DNA of 64,000 bases from Candidatus Omnitrophota bacterium (lineage in GTDB: Bacteria; Omnitrophota; Gorgyraeia; Zapsychrales; JANLHA01): NCBI GenBank assembly GCA_029560465.1, contig JAKQKX010000102.1, forward strand, positions 68,601-132,600, given 5' to 3'. Of the stretch, positions 1 through 11,326 are shown piece by piece; the stretch's first letter is position 1, and the number at the start of each line of letters is the position of its first letter. The notes below the pieces were generated by a model that did no database searches, had not been told where the DNA came from, and worked only from the letters and a program-made list of their open reading frames with translations. A program made the translations under genes and the position numbers.

Positions 1-172
1 CATGTTTACGGCCACTATGGACCGCGACAGTAAATCCCACAAACTCCGGAGTAATCGTTGACCGCCTGGACCACGTCTTAATCGGTTGCCTCTGCCCGGA
101 CTCAATCATCCTCCGGAGTTTCTTTTCCAAATCTTCGGCCACAAACGGGCCTTTCTTTATTGACCTAGGCAT
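1..172 (-). CDS. rpsS: 30S ribosomal protein S19, N-terminal part; gene continues beyond the window start
   Basis: Reverse-complement translation from the ATG at 170-172 gives [57 protein letters not shown], the canonical S19 N-terminus. It sits directly downstream of rplB as in the S10 operon. Confidence 0.85.
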   Translation of the reverse strand, partial: MPRSIKKGPFVAEDLEKKLRRMIESGQRQPIKTWSRRSTITPEFVGFTVAVHSGRKH

Positions 173-173
173 G

Positions 174-1016
174 TCACTTTGTCCTTCGCTTAACGATAAA
201 TCGATTGGAATATTTTTTTAATTTTCGCGTCTTCTTCCCCTTGGTGGCTATGCCCCACGGGGTGACCGGATGGGGGTTCCCCTGCGGGGCCTTCCCCTCA
301 CCTCCACCGTGAGGATGGTCGATCGGGTTCATCGCCACACCGCGGACATGTCCCCGCCGGCCTAACCAGCGGCTGCGGCCGGCTTTCCCGATCGAACGGC
401 TCTCATGTTCCACATTCCCAAGCTGACCGATCGTCGCCCGGCACTTACCGCGCACCTTACGGACTTCACCGGAAGGAAGCCTTAAGAGGACGAGATCCCC
501 TTCCTTAGCGATCAGCTGAGCCGAGGTGCCGGCTGAACGGACAATCTGTCCACCTTGCCCCGGAGACAACTCAACATTATGGACAGCGGTTCCTAACGGG
601 ATATTAAACAACGCGAAACAATTCCCGGCCTTAATATCCGCATTCCCCTCTTTGACGCTGATAACGTTATCCCCCACGCGTAACTCCAACGGAGCCAGAA
701 TATAAGACTTTGATTTATCAGGGTATTGGATCAACGCAATCCGGACAGACCGATTGGGGTCATATTCAATAGCCAAGACCTCGGCTTGTTCCTCAAACCG
801 CTGACGCTTAAAATCGACCAAACGGTACATCCGTTTGTGCCCGCCGCCCCGCCAACGCACGGTGATCCGGCCATACATATTCCGACCGCCGCTTTTCTTC
901 AATGGGCGCAGCAAAGCTTTCTCAGGCGTGGATTTTGTAATCTCAGAAAAGTCTGAAAGCGCGGTGTGCCGCAATCCGTTTGTTACTGGTTTATATCGTT
1001 TAATACCCACTGACAT
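174..1016 (-). CDS. rplB: 50S ribosomal protein L2
   Basis: 280-aa ORF with the L2 hallmark motifs ([14 protein letters not shown], GRNxxGxITxRHRGGG) and S10-operon context. Confidence 0.97.
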   Translation of the reverse strand: MSVGIKRYKPVTNGLRHTALSDFSEITKSTPEKALLRPLKKSGGRNMYGRITVRWRGGGHKRMYRLVDFKRQRFEEQAEVLAIEYDPNRSVRIALIQYPDKSKSYILAPLELRVGDNVISVKEGNADIKAGNCFALFNIPLGTAVHNVELSPGQGGQIVRSAGTSAQLIAKEGDLVLLRLPSGEVRKVRGKCRATIGQLGNVEHESRSIGKAGRSRWLGRRGHVRGVAMNPIDHPHGGGEGKAPQGNPHPVTPWGIATKGKKTRKLKKYSNRFIVKRRTK

Positions 1017-1028
1017 TCCCTCACTTAA

Positions 1029-1307
1029 TTATGTTACGTCGATTTTAAATCCCTGTTGAAGCGTGACAATGGCTTTTTTCCATTGTGACGTGTAGCCAAA
1101 CTGCTGCCGGACCCTCTTGCGTTTTGCCGGCATAATAACCGTGTTGACCGTCGCCACTTTCACTTTATAAATTTCTTCCACGGCTTTCTGGATTTCAATC
1201 TTATTGGCGTCCAGCGCGACTTGAAAGAGATATTTCCCCTGGGGCTCCAAAGCCGACCCCTTCTCGGTTCGTATTAAAGACTGGACAATATCATAACTTG
1301 TAATCAT
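1029..1307 (-). CDS. rplW: 50S ribosomal protein L23
   Basis: 92 aa, position between rplD and rplB, L23-like sequence (YDIVQSLIRTEK...). Confidence 0.9.
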   Translation of the reverse strand: MITSYDIVQSLIRTEKGSALEPQGKYLFQVALDANKIEIQKAVEEIYKVKVATVNTVIMPAKRKRVRQQFGYTSQWKKAIVTLQQGFKIDVT

Positions 1308-1308
1308 T

Positions 1309-1938
1309 TTATTCTGTCCCTAAACGTTTTAAAATTTTCTCCAAAGCGGTCTTGGTTAACAGCAATTTCTTGTTTTTCATCACATCATAAGCGTTAACAT
1401 CTTCCGCTCGGGTGACCTGAAAACGGGGGATATTGCGGCTCACCAGACGCACGCTCTCGTCGCTCCCGTCCAGGAGCGCCAGGACCTTCCCACGTTCAAC
1501 CCAAAGTTTCAAAATTTTAGCGAAATCCTTTGTTTTTGAAAACTTCTCTGTCAGTTCGGTTACACAAAGCAAATCATCGGCTTTATATTTCGCGTTCAGG
1601 CTTTCTTTCAGGGCGCATAATCTCATTTTTTGAGGAATCGCATAACGGTAATCCCTCGGATGCGGCCCAAAAACAACCCCACCCCCCACATAATTGGGCG
1701 CCCGGGTTGACCCGGCTCGAGCCCGGCCAGTACCTTTTTGCCGATACGGTTTTCTCCCACCTCCGGAAACAGCGCCACGCTCTTTGGTGGACGCATTTCC
1801 CTCCCGCAGACACGCCTGGTACATCACAACGGCCTGATGGATCACAGAAGAATTCACATGCTGCCCAAAAATCTGATCCGGAAGATCAACTTTTCCTACT
1901 TCTTTACCGCTTTTATCTAAAATTGGTATTTGTGACAT
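1309..1938 (-). CDS. rplD: 50S ribosomal protein L4
   Basis: 209 aa, L4-like (GGGRKPYRQKGTGRAR) and correct operon position. Confidence 0.93.
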   Translation of the reverse strand: MSQIPILDKSGKEVGKVDLPDQIFGQHVNSSVIHQAVVMYQACLREGNASTKERGAVSGGGRKPYRQKGTGRARAGSTRAPNYVGGGVVFGPHPRDYRYAIPQKMRLCALKESLNAKYKADDLLCVTELTEKFSKTKDFAKILKLWVERGKVLALLDGSDESVRLVSRNIPRFQVTRAEDVNAYDVMKNKKLLLTKTALEKILKRLGTE

Positions 1939-1955
1939 AACTTAAACCTGCTGTC

Positions 1956-2666
1956 TTACGCTTTCTTTCCTTTAGCTTTAGCTTTACTTTGTTTCATCGG
2001 GTTCTTCTTATGAAGAACGACTGCGGCCTTTTCCTCCAAAGACTGGAATTGCCGTTTCCTGGACAGTTTAATTTCCACGATGGAATTTCTCGCACCCGGA
2101 ACCGCCCCTTTAATCACCAACAAATTCTTATCCACATCAACTTCCATAATGCGCAAACTCTGCACCGTCACGCGCTCAGCGCCCATGTGCCCGGGCATAT
2201 GCTGACCGCGGTAGACCCGAGACGGATCAGAACTCGCCCCTATGGAACCGACCCTCCGGTGATGCATGGAACCGTGACCTGCCGGCCCACCGGACCAATT
2301 CCAACGCTTCATCCCTCCGGCAAATCCCTTTCCTTTTGATATCCCTGACACGTCCACAAAATCCCCGGCCTTAAAAATATCGGCCTTGATTTCCTGCCCG
2401 ACCTGATAATCCTTGTTATCATTTGATCTGAATTCCCGGATAACACGGGTCGGAGCAACTCCAATCTTTTTAAAAAAAGCCAACTGCGGCTTACGAACCC
2501 TCGACTCTTTTGTGGCCTCAAACCCCACCTGAATCTTCAATGGGGACTCTTTCAACGCCAGAACAGGACATGGGCCGGCCTGAATCACCGTTACCTCAAG
2601 GATATTCCCTTCCTTGTCAAAAATTTGAGTCATACCAATTTTCTTACCGAGTATTCCGAGTATCAT
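1956..2666 (-). CDS. rplC: 50S ribosomal protein L3
   Basis: 236 aa, L3-like (GILGKKIGMTQIF..., KGKGFAG) and correct operon position. Confidence 0.95.
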   Translation of the reverse strand: MILGILGKKIGMTQIFDKEGNILEVTVIQAGPCPVLALKESPLKIQVGFEATKESRVRKPQLAFFKKIGVAPTRVIREFRSNDNKDYQVGQEIKADIFKAGDFVDVSGISKGKGFAGGMKRWNWSGGPAGHGSMHHRRVGSIGASSDPSRVYRGQHMPGHMGAERVTVQSLRIMEVDVDKNLLVIKGAVPGARNSIVEIKLSRKRQFQSLEEKAAVVLHKKNPMKQSKAKAKGKKA

Positions 2667-2701
2667 CTTCTCTCTCCCATGTCAACAAACGTGGCAAGGA
2701 T

Positions 2702-3019
2702 TTACTGCTTAATTTCCACATCGACCCCTGCCGGCAAATTCAGCTTTCGCAAAGCCTCCACAGTCTTAGCCGTCGGATCCAAAAGGTCTATCAGACGTTT
2801 ATGGATCGCCAGGTGAAACTGTTCCCGAGACTTTTTGTCGATATGCGGGGACCGCAATACGGTGTACAATTCCCTTTTTGTCGGCAAAGGAACCGGGCCG
2901 GAAACTCTGGCCCCCGTACGGATCGCCGTATCGACAATTTCTTGCGCTGACTGGTCAATCAGCCGATGATCATAAGCTTTTAATTTTATTCTGATTTTCT
3001 GCATAACGCATCCGATCAC
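2702..3019 (-). CDS. rpsJ: 30S ribosomal protein S10
   Basis: 105 aa, S10 signature ([18 protein letters not shown]...) and first gene of the S10 operon. Confidence 0.95.
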   Translation of the reverse strand: MIGCVMQKIRIKLKAYDHRLIDQSAQEIVDTAIRTGARVSGPVPLPTKRELYTVLRSPHIDKKSREQFHLAIHKRLIDLLDPTAKTVEALRKLNLPAGVDVEIKQ

Positions 3020-3086
3020 CCCCGCGCCGCCGTGTTGCGTTGCGGCACGAAGCCGATCATAACCTCATTGAATGTAGTACCTGTTA

Positions 3087-4280
3087 TTAAGCAATAACTT
3101 CGGAAACAACGCCCGCCCCTACTGTACGGCCGCCTTCACGAATAGCAAAACGCAATTCTTTTTCCAACGCAACCGGAGTGATCAGATCAACGGTCAATTC
3201 AATGTTATCGCCGGGCATACACATTTCTACGCCTTCCGGTAAAACGGCATTCCCGGTAACATCGGTAGTCCGGAAATAAAATTGTGGCCGGTATCCCTTA
3301 AAAAACGGGGTATGGCGGCCACCTTCTTCTTTCTTTAACACATAGACCGTGCCCTTAAATTTTGTATGAGGCGTAATAGAACCCGGCTTGGCCAAAACCA
3401 TCCCGCGCTCAATCGCATCTTTATCCATACCGCGCAATAACAACCCGACATTATCTCCAGCCTGGCCTTCATCCAGTTCCTTGCGAAACATTTCCACGCC
3501 AGTGACAACGGTTTTCTGAATATCAGGGCGCAACCCGACACAATCAACTTCTTCCCCAACCTTAACCCGTCCTCTCTCAATACGGCCCGTCGCAACCGTT
3601 CCACGTCCCGAGATGGAAAAAACGTCTTCCACAGCCATTGAAAACGGCTTATCGAGTTCACGGACAGGCTCCGGGATATAATCATCCACCGCCTGCATCA
3701 AATCCAAAATCGGCTGAATCTTTTCAGGATTCTCGATATCGTTCAGAGCGTCCAAAGCGCTCCCCTTGAGAATCGGGGTTTTGTCCCCATCAAACTGGTA
3801 TTTAGATAACAGTTCTCGGACTTCCAGCTCAACCAGATCCAAAAGCTCTTTGTCCTCAACCTGATCACATTTATTAAGGAAAACGACAAGCCGCGGAACG
3901 TTCACCTGGCGGGCCAAAAGAATGTGTTCCCGAGTCTGGGGCATAGGGCCGTCAGCCGCGGAAACCACGAGGATCGCCCCGTCCATTTGGGCAGCACCAG
4001 TAATCATGTTTTTAATATAATCGGCGTGACCAGGGCAGTCAATATGGGCATAATGGCGTTTGTCGGTTTCATACTCCAAATGTGCGATATTAATCGTGAT
4101 CCCGCGTTCCTTTTCTTCCGGAGCGTTATCGATAGAATCATAACTGCGGATTTGAGCCAACCCTTTTTTATGCAAAATCATGGTTATGGCCGCACTTAAG
4201 GTGGTTTTCCCGTGATCAACGTGACCGATGGTCCCGATGTTCAAATGCGGTTTATTCCTTGTAAATTTTTCCTTAGCCAT
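3087..4280 (-). CDS. tuf: Elongation factor Tu
   Basis: 397 aa with the GTP-binding motifs GHVDHGKTT and DCPGH, and the NKCD motif present as NKCDQ; str-operon position after fusA. Confidence 0.98.
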   Translation of the reverse strand: MAKEKFTRNKPHLNIGTIGHVDHGKTTLSAAITMILHKKGLAQIRSYDSIDNAPEEKERGITINIAHLEYETDKRHYAHIDCPGHADYIKNMITGAAQMDGAILVVSAADGPMPQTREHILLARQVNVPRLVVFLNKCDQVEDKELLDLVELEVRELLSKYQFDGDKTPILKGSALDALNDIENPEKIQPILDLMQAVDDYIPEPVRELDKPFSMAVEDVFSISGRGTVATGRIERGRVKVGEEVDCVGLRPDIQKTVVTGVEMFRKELDEGQAGDNVGLLLRGMDKDAIERGMVLAKPGSITPHTKFKGTVYVLKKEEGGRHTPFFKGYRPQFYFRTTDVTGNAVLPEGVEMCMPGDNIELTVDLITPVALEKELRFAIREGGRTVGAGVVSEVIA

Positions 4281-4309
4281 GACATTCCTCCCTTTTATTA
4301 CAATTCTTT

Positions 4310-6412
4310 TTACGTTCTTCCGGCTTTTACCATAGTTTCTTGTCGTAAGCCTTTAATTTTTTCCATAACATGATATGGAACTTCAGCGTAAAACGCTGGC
4401 TCCATTGAAAAAGAAGCCCGACCCTGAGTTAAAGAACGGAGAGCATTTGCGTAATTAAACATTTCCGCCAACGGCACTTCACAGCGTGCGATCTTAAGTT
4501 TCCCCCGTGTCCCAAGATTGACGATCTTGGCCCGCCGCGTGTTGAGGTCTCCCATCACCGAGCCCATAAACTCTTCCGGAGCGGAAACTTCAAGGTCCAT
4601 AACCGGCTCTAAAAACACAGAATGTCCTCTCTGCAATCCTTCCCGAAGAGCCGCTTTGCCTGCCAATTGAAAAGCCAGTTCGCTGGAATCCACTTCATGA
4701 TAAGATCCATCCACCAATGTCACAACAAAATCCGTTACCGGATAACCCGCAAGAATACCATTCAAGGCGCCCTCACGGATCCCTTTCTCAACCGCCGGAA
4801 TGTATTCCCGGGGGATCGAGCCCCCTTTAATCCGGTTATCAAAAACAACCCCGTCTCCTGGCTTCTCCGCCGGAGCGATATTAATCACACAATGGCCGTA
4901 TTGACCACGCCCGCCTGTTTGAGAAACGAATTTCCCGACAATCCCGGTTACTTTCTCAGTGATCGTTTCCCGGTAAGCAACCTGCGGCCGGCCGATATGG
5001 GTTTCCAGATTGTTTTCCCGCTTCATACGATCAATGATAATGTCCAGGTGCAATTCTCCCATGCCGGAAATAATGGTCTGCCCCGTTTCATGATCGTACT
5101 GCACCCGCAAAGACGGGTCTTCATCCAGGAATTTCCGCAAAGCAAGGCCAAGCTTATCCTGATCCGCTTTGGTTTTCGGTTCAATCGCCATAGAAACAAC
5201 CGGTTCAGGGATTTTCATGCTCTCAATAAGGATCTGCTGGGTATCATCACAAATCGTGTGGCCGGATTTCGTCTCCTTCAACCCCACCAAAGCAACGATC
5301 TCGCCGGCCCCCACCTTAGGAACAATTTCCTGTTTGTTCGCATGCATGACGACAATTTTAGCGACCCGCTCTTTGGCCCGGACGCTGGAATTATAAATAG
5401 TCGTGCCAGAGGTTATAACCCCGGAATAAATTCTCGTGTAAAAAAGTTTCCCGACATAAGGATCTGCGGCGATTTTAAAAACCAGCGCCGCTAACGGGGC
5501 CTCTGAAGATGCCAGGCGCTCCGTTGGCTCCTGAGTGCGCGGGTTTATCCCTGGAAGAGGCGGGACATCAAGAGGAGAGGGCATGTAGTCGACAACCGCA
5601 TCCAGAAGAAGTTGAACACCGCGTTTTCTCAAGGACGTCCCCACCATCACCGGGATAAACCGATTTTGAATCACCTCGCGGCGAATAACCGATTTGATTT
5701 CATCGGCGGGAACTTCTTTCTCCTCAAGAAATCTCATCATGATCTGATCATCAACGTCCGCCAAGGCCTCCAGCAGAAGATGATAATATTTGTCAGCTTT
5801 TTCTTTTAAGTGATCAGGAATCGCCACGCGCTCCAGCGCAAGCCCATCCTCATCTTTATAAATAACGTACTGCTGGTTGATAACATCAACGATCCCTTTA
5901 AAATTGTCTTCTGTCCCGTCCGGGAAATTAATGGCGGCCGCGTTGCAGCCCAAACGGTCGTGAATCTCATCAATAACCCGGTCATAATCAGCCCCCAGCC
6001 TGTCAATTTTATTAACAAAAATCATCCGGGGGACATGATAACGGTCAGCCTGGCGCCAGACGGTTTCTGTCTGGGACTGCACCCCGCCCGATGCGCAAAG
6101 AACGACCACAGCGCCATCCAAGACTTTCAGGGAACGTTCAACCTCGACGGTAAAATCAACGTGTCCGGGAGTGTCGATAATATTAATTTTATTATTTTTC
6201 CAGTAACAGGTCGTACTCGCGGACATAATCGTGATTCCCCGCTCCTGTTCTTGCGCCATAAAATCCATGGTCGTGTTGCCGTCATCAACATTCCCCATTT
6301 TATGAATAACGCCACAATAATAAAGAATCCGCTCTGTCGTTGTCGTTTTACCGGCATCTATGTGAGCAATAATCCCGATGTTTCTAATATCTTTTAAAGA
6401 AATTTGTTCCAT
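4310..6412 (-). CDS. fusA: Elongation factor G
   Basis: 700 aa with the EF-G G-domain ([23 protein letters not shown]) and domain IV/V signatures. Confidence 0.98.
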   Translation of the reverse strand: MEQISLKDIRNIGIIAHIDAGKTTTTERILYYCGVIHKMGNVDDGNTTMDFMAQEQERGITIMSASTTCYWKNNKINIIDTPGHVDFTVEVERSLKVLDGAVVVLCASGGVQSQTETVWRQADRYHVPRMIFVNKIDRLGADYDRVIDEIHDRLGCNAAAINFPDGTEDNFKGIVDVINQQYVIYKDEDGLALERVAIPDHLKEKADKYYHLLLEALADVDDQIMMRFLEEKEVPADEIKSVIRREVIQNRFIPVMVGTSLRKRGVQLLLDAVVDYMPSPLDVPPLPGINPRTQEPTERLASSEAPLAALVFKIAADPYVGKLFYTRIYSGVITSGTTIYNSSVRAKERVAKIVVMHANKQEIVPKVGAGEIVALVGLKETKSGHTICDDTQQILIESMKIPEPVVSMAIEPKTKADQDKLGLALRKFLDEDPSLRVQYDHETGQTIISGMGELHLDIIIDRMKRENNLETHIGRPQVAYRETITEKVTGIVGKFVSQTGGRGQYGHCVINIAPAEKPGDGVVFDNRIKGGSIPREYIPAVEKGIREGALNGILAGYPVTDFVVTLVDGSYHEVDSSELAFQLAGKAALREGLQRGHSVFLEPVMDLEVSAPEEFMGSVMGDLNTRRAKIVNLGTRGKLKIARCEVPLAEMFNYANALRSLTQGRASFSMEPAFYAEVPYHVMEKIKGLRQETMVKAGRT

Positions 6413-6416
6413 TAAA

Positions 6417-6887
6417 TTACCACCTCAAATGCGCAAAAGCCTTGTTTGCCTCAGCCATCTTATGCGTCTCGTCTCTTTTCTTAATCGCAGGACCTTCAGA
6501 TTTATAAGCCGCTAAAAGTTCATCCGCTAATTTTACTGTCATCGGTTTGCCCTTCTTTTTACGGGCAAAATCCCGAAGCCAGCGCAACGCCAAAGAATTT
6601 CCACGGGGCCCGGTCACCTCGATCGGAATCTGATAAGTAGCACCACCAACACGCCTCGGCTTCAGCTCCAAACGCGGACGGATATTATCAATAGCCTTAT
6701 TAAAAACCTTCAACCCGCTCTCTTCGTGGGTTTTCTGTTTAAGAATATCTAGTGCACCATAGACAATCTTTTCTGCAACTGTCTTTTTACCTTGAATCAT
6801 CAACGTGTTAATAAACTGCGCTACAAGGGCACTATCGTATTTAGGGTCGTATGCTGCTTCCCTTTTCTCTGCTTTTCGTCTTCTCAT
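6417..6887 (-). CDS. rpsG: 30S ribosomal protein S7
   Basis: 156 aa S7-like sequence in str-operon order. Confidence 0.96.
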   Translation of the reverse strand: MRRRKAEKREAAYDPKYDSALVAQFINTLMIQGKKTVAEKIVYGALDILKQKTHEESGLKVFNKAIDNIRPRLELKPRRVGGATYQIPIEVTGPRGNSLALRWLRDFARKKKGKPMTVKLADELLAAYKSEGPAIKKRDETHKMAEANKAFAHLRW

Positions 6888-7258
6888 TACTTCTCTCTCT
6901 TGGTTCCATATTTTGACCGTGATCGTTTCCGTTTAGCCACACCCGTTGTATCCAGGGTCCCTCTCACGATATGATAACGCACGCCCGGCAAATCTTTTAC
7001 GCGACCGCCCCGGACCAGAACGATGGAGTGCTCCTGCAAATTATGACCTTCCCCAGGGATATAAGCCGTGACTTCAATCCGGTTCGACAAACGGACACGT
7101 GCAATTTTCCGCAAAGCCGAATTCGGTTTTTTCGGGGTCATCGTTTTCACCTGCAAGCAAACACCTCTTTTTTGAGGGCATTGGTCCAATGCAGGAGATT
7201 TAGTTTTCTTGTTTTTCAGGCTGCGACTCTTGCGAATCAGCTGTTGTATCGTTGGCAT
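6887..7258 (-). CDS. rpsL: 30S ribosomal protein S12
   Basis: 123 aa, [10 protein letters not shown]... with the [10 protein letters not shown] motif. Its start lies 59 nt inside the rpoC 3' end. Confidence 0.96.
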   Translation of the reverse strand: MPTIQQLIRKSRSLKNKKTKSPALDQCPQKRGVCLQVKTMTPKKPNSALRKIARVRLSNRIEVTAYIPGEGHNLQEHSIVLVRGGRVKDLPGVRYHIVRGTLDTTGVAKRKRSRSKYGTKREK

Positions 7259-10200
7259 ATTTCACCGTTTCCACTTGGTCATAAAGTTTAAAACCCGTAC
7301 CTGCAGGGATCAAGTGACCCACAATTACGTTTTCTTTCAAGCCACGTAAAAGATCGATTTTACCAGACGCCGCTGCTTCTGTCAAGACTCTTGTCGTCTC
7401 TTGAAAACTGGCCGCGGATATAAAACTCTCCGTCGTCAAAGACACTTTAGTGATCCCTAACAGCAGTGGCGTGGCTTGAGCCGGTTTACCTTTTTTCTTT
7501 AGAGTGGCTTCATTCGCTTTTTTGAAATGCATACGGTCAATCTGTTCTCCGACGAGGAAATTGGTGTCCCCGGAGTCTTCGATCTTAACCTTCTTGAGCA
7601 TCTGAGAAATAATCAATTCGATATGCTTATCATTAATCCTCACGCCCTGCAGACGGTAGACTTCCTGGATCTCGTTCAGCAAATATTCCTGCAACACTTT
7701 ATCACCGCAGACGCGAAGAATATCATGCGGGACAACCGGCCCATCCGTCAATTGTTGGCCGGCAAAAACCCGGTCATTTTTATACACTGTCGGATGCTTC
7801 CCGTGCGGGATTGTATACTCTTTTAACATGCCGGTGGTGCTGCGCACTACAATCGTGCGGAGCCCTTTCCGGTCTTCCCCGAATTCAACAGATCCATCAA
7901 TTTCGGAAATAATCGCCGGGTCCTTGGGGCGCCTGGCCTCAAAAAGCTCCGCAACCCGTGGCAGACCGCCGGTGATGTCCCTTGTCTTTCCAACACCTCG
8001 AGGAATTTTTGCGATAAGGTCACCCGCGTTGATCAGCTGTTTATCGCTGACCAGGATATGCGCGCCGACGGGGATCGAATAAATACCGACAACCTCTTTT
8101 TTATCATCCGTGATAATAATCTGCGGATGATATTCCAGCTTATGTTCAACCACAACGCGCTCTGTAATCCCTGTGATCGGGTTCTGTTCCTGCTGCACCG
8201 TGACATCCTGAATCAGGTCTTCGGAATTGACAACCCCCTTGACTTCCGTGATGATTGGAATCGTATACGGGTCCCAGGTCGCAAAAATTTCATTCTCGTT
8301 AATTTCCACCCCATCAGCATACTTGATCGTAGCCCCCTGGGGCAGCTGATGACGCTCAAATTCCCGGCCATATTCGTTATTAATGCTGACCGCGCCGTTT
8401 CGGTTAAGGACAACGAACTCTTTATTACGCTCGACGACACGCAACTGGTGATATTTTATAATCCCTTTACTCTTAGAACGGTAGAAGGACTGCTCCACCG
8501 CGCGGCTCGCCGTCCCCCCGATGTGAAAAGTCCTCATGGTCAACTGGGTTCCAGGTTCACCGATACTTTGGGCGGCAATAACACCGACCGCCTCGCCGAT
8601 CTCCACTAAACGCTGGGTGGCCAGGTTGCGCCCATAGCACTTAATACAGGTCCCGGTCTCGGATTCACAAGTTAAGACACTGCGGATCCTCACCTTTTCA
8701 ATCCCCAATTGCTCGATCATCGTGGCTTTTTCTTCGGTGATCTCTTCGCCCGCTTCCACGACAACTTGATCCGTAATAACATCAACAATGCTATCTAAGG
8801 CAACACGGCCAATGATGCGTTCCCGCAGACTGACCACCAGTTCATCCCCTTCGACGATAGCAGAAACTGTAATTCCGTTTAATGTCCCGCAATCCTGTTC
8901 GGTCACCACGCATTCCTGAGCGACATCCACCAACCGGCGGGTCAGGTAACCGGCATCCGCGGTTTTCAACGCCGTATCCGCGAGCCCTTTCCGGGCCCCG
9001 TGCGTAGAAATAAAATATTCCAAAACAGTCAGCCCCTCCCGGAAACTCGCGGTAATCGGGTTCTCAATAATCTCTCCAGAAGGCTTCGCCATCAAACCGC
9101 GCATCCCCGACAACTGGCGAATCTGAAGGCGGGATCCCCGCGCCCCGGAATCAGCCATGATAAAAATGGGATTAAAAGCCGCCATCTGCTTAAACACCAA
9201 ATCAGAAATTTTCTCTGTCGTATGCGTCCAGATATCGATAATTTTGTTGTAGCGTTCCCGGCCGGTGATGATCCCCTTGCGATACTGGTCCTCGACCTTG
9301 GCAACCTCCTGCTTGGCCTCCTTGATATGGACCTCTTTTTCCTTCGGGCTGGTCAAGTCGGAAATCGCAATGGATATCCCTGCTTTGGTGGCCATGTTAA
9401 AACCAAATTCTTTGAGGCTATCCAGCAAATTGACCGTCGTGTGCTGCCCAAAACGCTTATAACAGTCGGCGATAACCGCCCCGATCTGTTTCTTATCCAT
9501 GGTATCGTTCACGAACCCGAAACCCTCCGGGAGCAGCTCATTAAACAAAATACGCCCAACGGTGGTTTCAATGATCGGCTGATTAGACACTTTCCGCGGA
9601 TGAGCGCCGGATTCTTCACCGCCTACGTCTCCTTCCTGAGAAATAACCAGAGAAGGTTTTTCATCCCCCCAGACATGCTGCTTCAAGCGAAGCTTGATGC
9701 CCGTGTGTAAATTAAGCTGCCCATCATTATAAACAATAATCGCTTCCTCTTTGGTTCCGAAAAGGCGAGGGTCCTGGTCCTCCTCCCGGTCTTTCGTCAA
9801 ATAATATAACCCTAAAACCATATCCTGGGTCGGAGACACAATCGGCCGTCCATCCGCCGGGGAAAACAGGTTGTTCACCGACAAAAGTTGCAGGCGACAT
9901 TCGATCTGCGCTTCCAGCGACAACGGTAAATGAACCGCCATCTGATCCCCGTCAAAATCCGCGTTGAAAGCAGTACAGACTAAGGGATGAAGCTTAATGG
10001 CCTTCCCTTCAACCAGCACCGGCTGAAACGACTGGATGCTTAAACGGTGCAATGTGGGGGCGCGGTTAAGCATAATCGGGTGGTCTTTGATGACTTCATC
10101 TAAAATGTCCCACACCTCAACTTTGGCCCTTTCCACCATCCGCTTGGCGCCCTTGATCGTATGGACAAATCCTTTTTCACGCAACTCCCGAATAATAAAC

Positions 10201-11324
10201 GGCTCAAACAACTCGAGAGCCATTTTTTTAGGAAGCCCGCATTGGTGCAATCTGAGAGTCGGACCGACAACGATAACAGAACGGCCGGAATAATCCACGC
10301 GTTTCCCGAGCAGATTCATGCGGAAACGACCCTGCTTGCCTTTGAGCATATCGGACAAGGACTTCAAGGGCCGGTTCCCGGAACCCAACACCGGGCGCCC
10401 GTGACGGCCGTTATCCAAAAGCGCGTCCACAGATTCCTGAAGCATGCGTTTTTCGTTACGGATAATAATTTCCGGCGCTTTTAAATCAATCAATTTCTTC
10501 AAGCGATTATTCCGGTTGATAACCCGCCGGTACAAATCGTTCAAATCGGATGTGGCAAAACGTCCGCCTTCCAAAGGAACCAAAGGACGAAGGTCCGGAG
10601 GGATGACAGGGATAACGTCCAAAACCATCCATTCCGCTTTATTCCCTGATATTTTGAAATCCTCGACGATCTTGAGAGTTTTAGCGATCTTCTTGGCATT
10701 GGTCCCGGCCGGAGTCGCTTTCTCCATATCTTTTCGGAGCTTTTTGCACAGGACGCCGAGGTCGATTTCTTTTAAAAATTCCCTCACCGCTTCGGCGCCA
10801 ATCTTAGCCTTAAACGCCCCGCCGTATTTCACCAGCGCTTCCTGATATTTATCTTCAGACAAAAATTCTTTTTTCTTGAGAGGGGTATCGCCCGGGTCAA
10901 TCACAACGTATTCTTCATAATAAATCAGTTTCTCAAGATCACGCAAAGAAATCTGCATCAAAGCGGACAGACGGCTGGGCACGGCCTTATAAAACCATAT
11001 ATGCGTGACAGGGCAGGCCAACTCAATATGCCCCATCCTCTCTCGGCGGACGGATGAGCGGGTCACCGTTACCCCGCAGCGGTCACAGGTAATCCCTTTA
11101 AATTTAATCCCCTTGTATTTTCCGCAGTTACATTCCCAATCCCGAACCGGGCCAAAAATCCGTTCGCAAAATAATCCGTCCTTTTCCGGCTTTAAAGTCC
11201 GGTAATTCAACGTTTCGGCCTTTTTAACAACGCCATGCGACCATGATTTGATCACTTCTGGCGCTGCGATCCGGATCGTGATACGGTCTTCCTGCTGAAG
11301 CTGTTCTTTTTTAGTGGTGGACAT
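7200..11324 (-). CDS. rpoC: DNA-directed RNA polymerase subunit beta-prime
   Basis: 1374 aa with the NADFDGD catalytic motif, zinc-binding cysteines (CNCGKYK..CDRCG), trigger loop and bridge helix regions. Confidence 0.97.
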   Translation of the reverse strand: MSTTKKEQLQQEDRITIRIAAPEVIKSWSHGVVKKAETLNYRTLKPEKDGLFCERIFGPVRDWECNCGKYKGIKFKGITCDRCGVTVTRSSVRRERMGHIELACPVTHIWFYKAVPSRLSALMQISLRDLEKLIYYEEYVVIDPGDTPLKKKEFLSEDKYQEALVKYGGAFKAKIGAEAVREFLKEIDLGVLCKKLRKDMEKATPAGTNAKKIAKTLKIVEDFKISGNKAEWMVLDVIPVIPPDLRPLVPLEGGRFATSDLNDLYRRVINRNNRLKKLIDLKAPEIIIRNEKRMLQESVDALLDNGRHGRPVLGSGNRPLKSLSDMLKGKQGRFRMNLLGKRVDYSGRSVIVVGPTLRLHQCGLPKKMALELFEPFIIRELREKGFVHTIKGAKRMVERAKVEVWDILDEVIKDHPIMLNRAPTLHRLSIQSFQPVLVEGKAIKLHPLVCTAFNADFDGDQMAVHLPLSLEAQIECRLQLLSVNNLFSPADGRPIVSPTQDMVLGLYYLTKDREEDQDPRLFGTKEEAIIVYNDGQLNLHTGIKLRLKQHVWGDEKPSLVISQEGDVGGEESGAHPRKVSNQPIIETTVGRILFNELLPEGFGFVNDTMDKKQIGAVIADCYKRFGQHTTVNLLDSLKEFGFNMATKAGISIAISDLTSPKEKEVHIKEAKQEVAKVEDQYRKGIITGRERYNKIIDIWTHTTEKISDLVFKQMAAFNPIFIMADSGARGSRLQIRQLSGMRGLMAKPSGEIIENPITASFREGLTVLEYFISTHGARKGLADTALKTADAGYLTRRLVDVAQECVVTEQDCGTLNGITVSAIVEGDELVVSLRERIIGRVALDSIVDVITDQVVVEAGEEITEEKATMIEQLGIEKVRIRSVLTCESETGTCIKCYGRNLATQRLVEIGEAVGVIAAQSIGEPGTQLTMRTFHIGGTASRAVEQSFYRSKSKGIIKYHQLRVVERNKEFVVLNRNGAVSINNEYGREFERHQLPQGATIKYADGVEINENEIFATWDPYTIPIITEVKGVVNSEDLIQDVTVQQEQNPITGITERVVVEHKLEYHPQIIITDDKKEVVGIYSIPVGAHILVSDKQLINAGDLIAKIPRGVGKTRDITGGLPRVAELFEARRPKDPAIISEIDGSVEFGEDRKGLRTIVVRSTTGMLKEYTIPHGKHPTVYKNDRVFAGQQLTDGPVVPHDILRVCGDKVLQEYLLNEIQEVYRLQGVRINDKHIELIISQMLKKVKIEDSGDTNFLVGEQIDRMHFKKANEATLKKKGKPAQATPLLLGITKVSLTTESFISAASFQETTRVLTEAAASGKIDLLRGLKENVIVGHLIPAGTGFKLYDQVETVKYANDTTADSQESQPEKQEN

Positions 11325-11326
11325 AA

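Noticed and set aside
4622-5494. Long plus-strand ORFs antisense to core genes (e.g. 4622-5494 in fusA, 8058-8609 and 9000-9710 in rpoC, 12029-12616 and 12713-13585 in rpoB, 23475-24554 across nadD/proA, 28356-29219 in rng, 40400-41317 in pilB2, 50108-50806 in rluD, 54146-54679 and 54941-55585 in ileS, 56302-57024 across mtnP/proC)
   Set aside because: Each lies wholly inside a strongly supported minus-strand gene. Their translations are Arg/His/Pro-rich with no recognisable motifs. They are typical antisense shadow ORFs.
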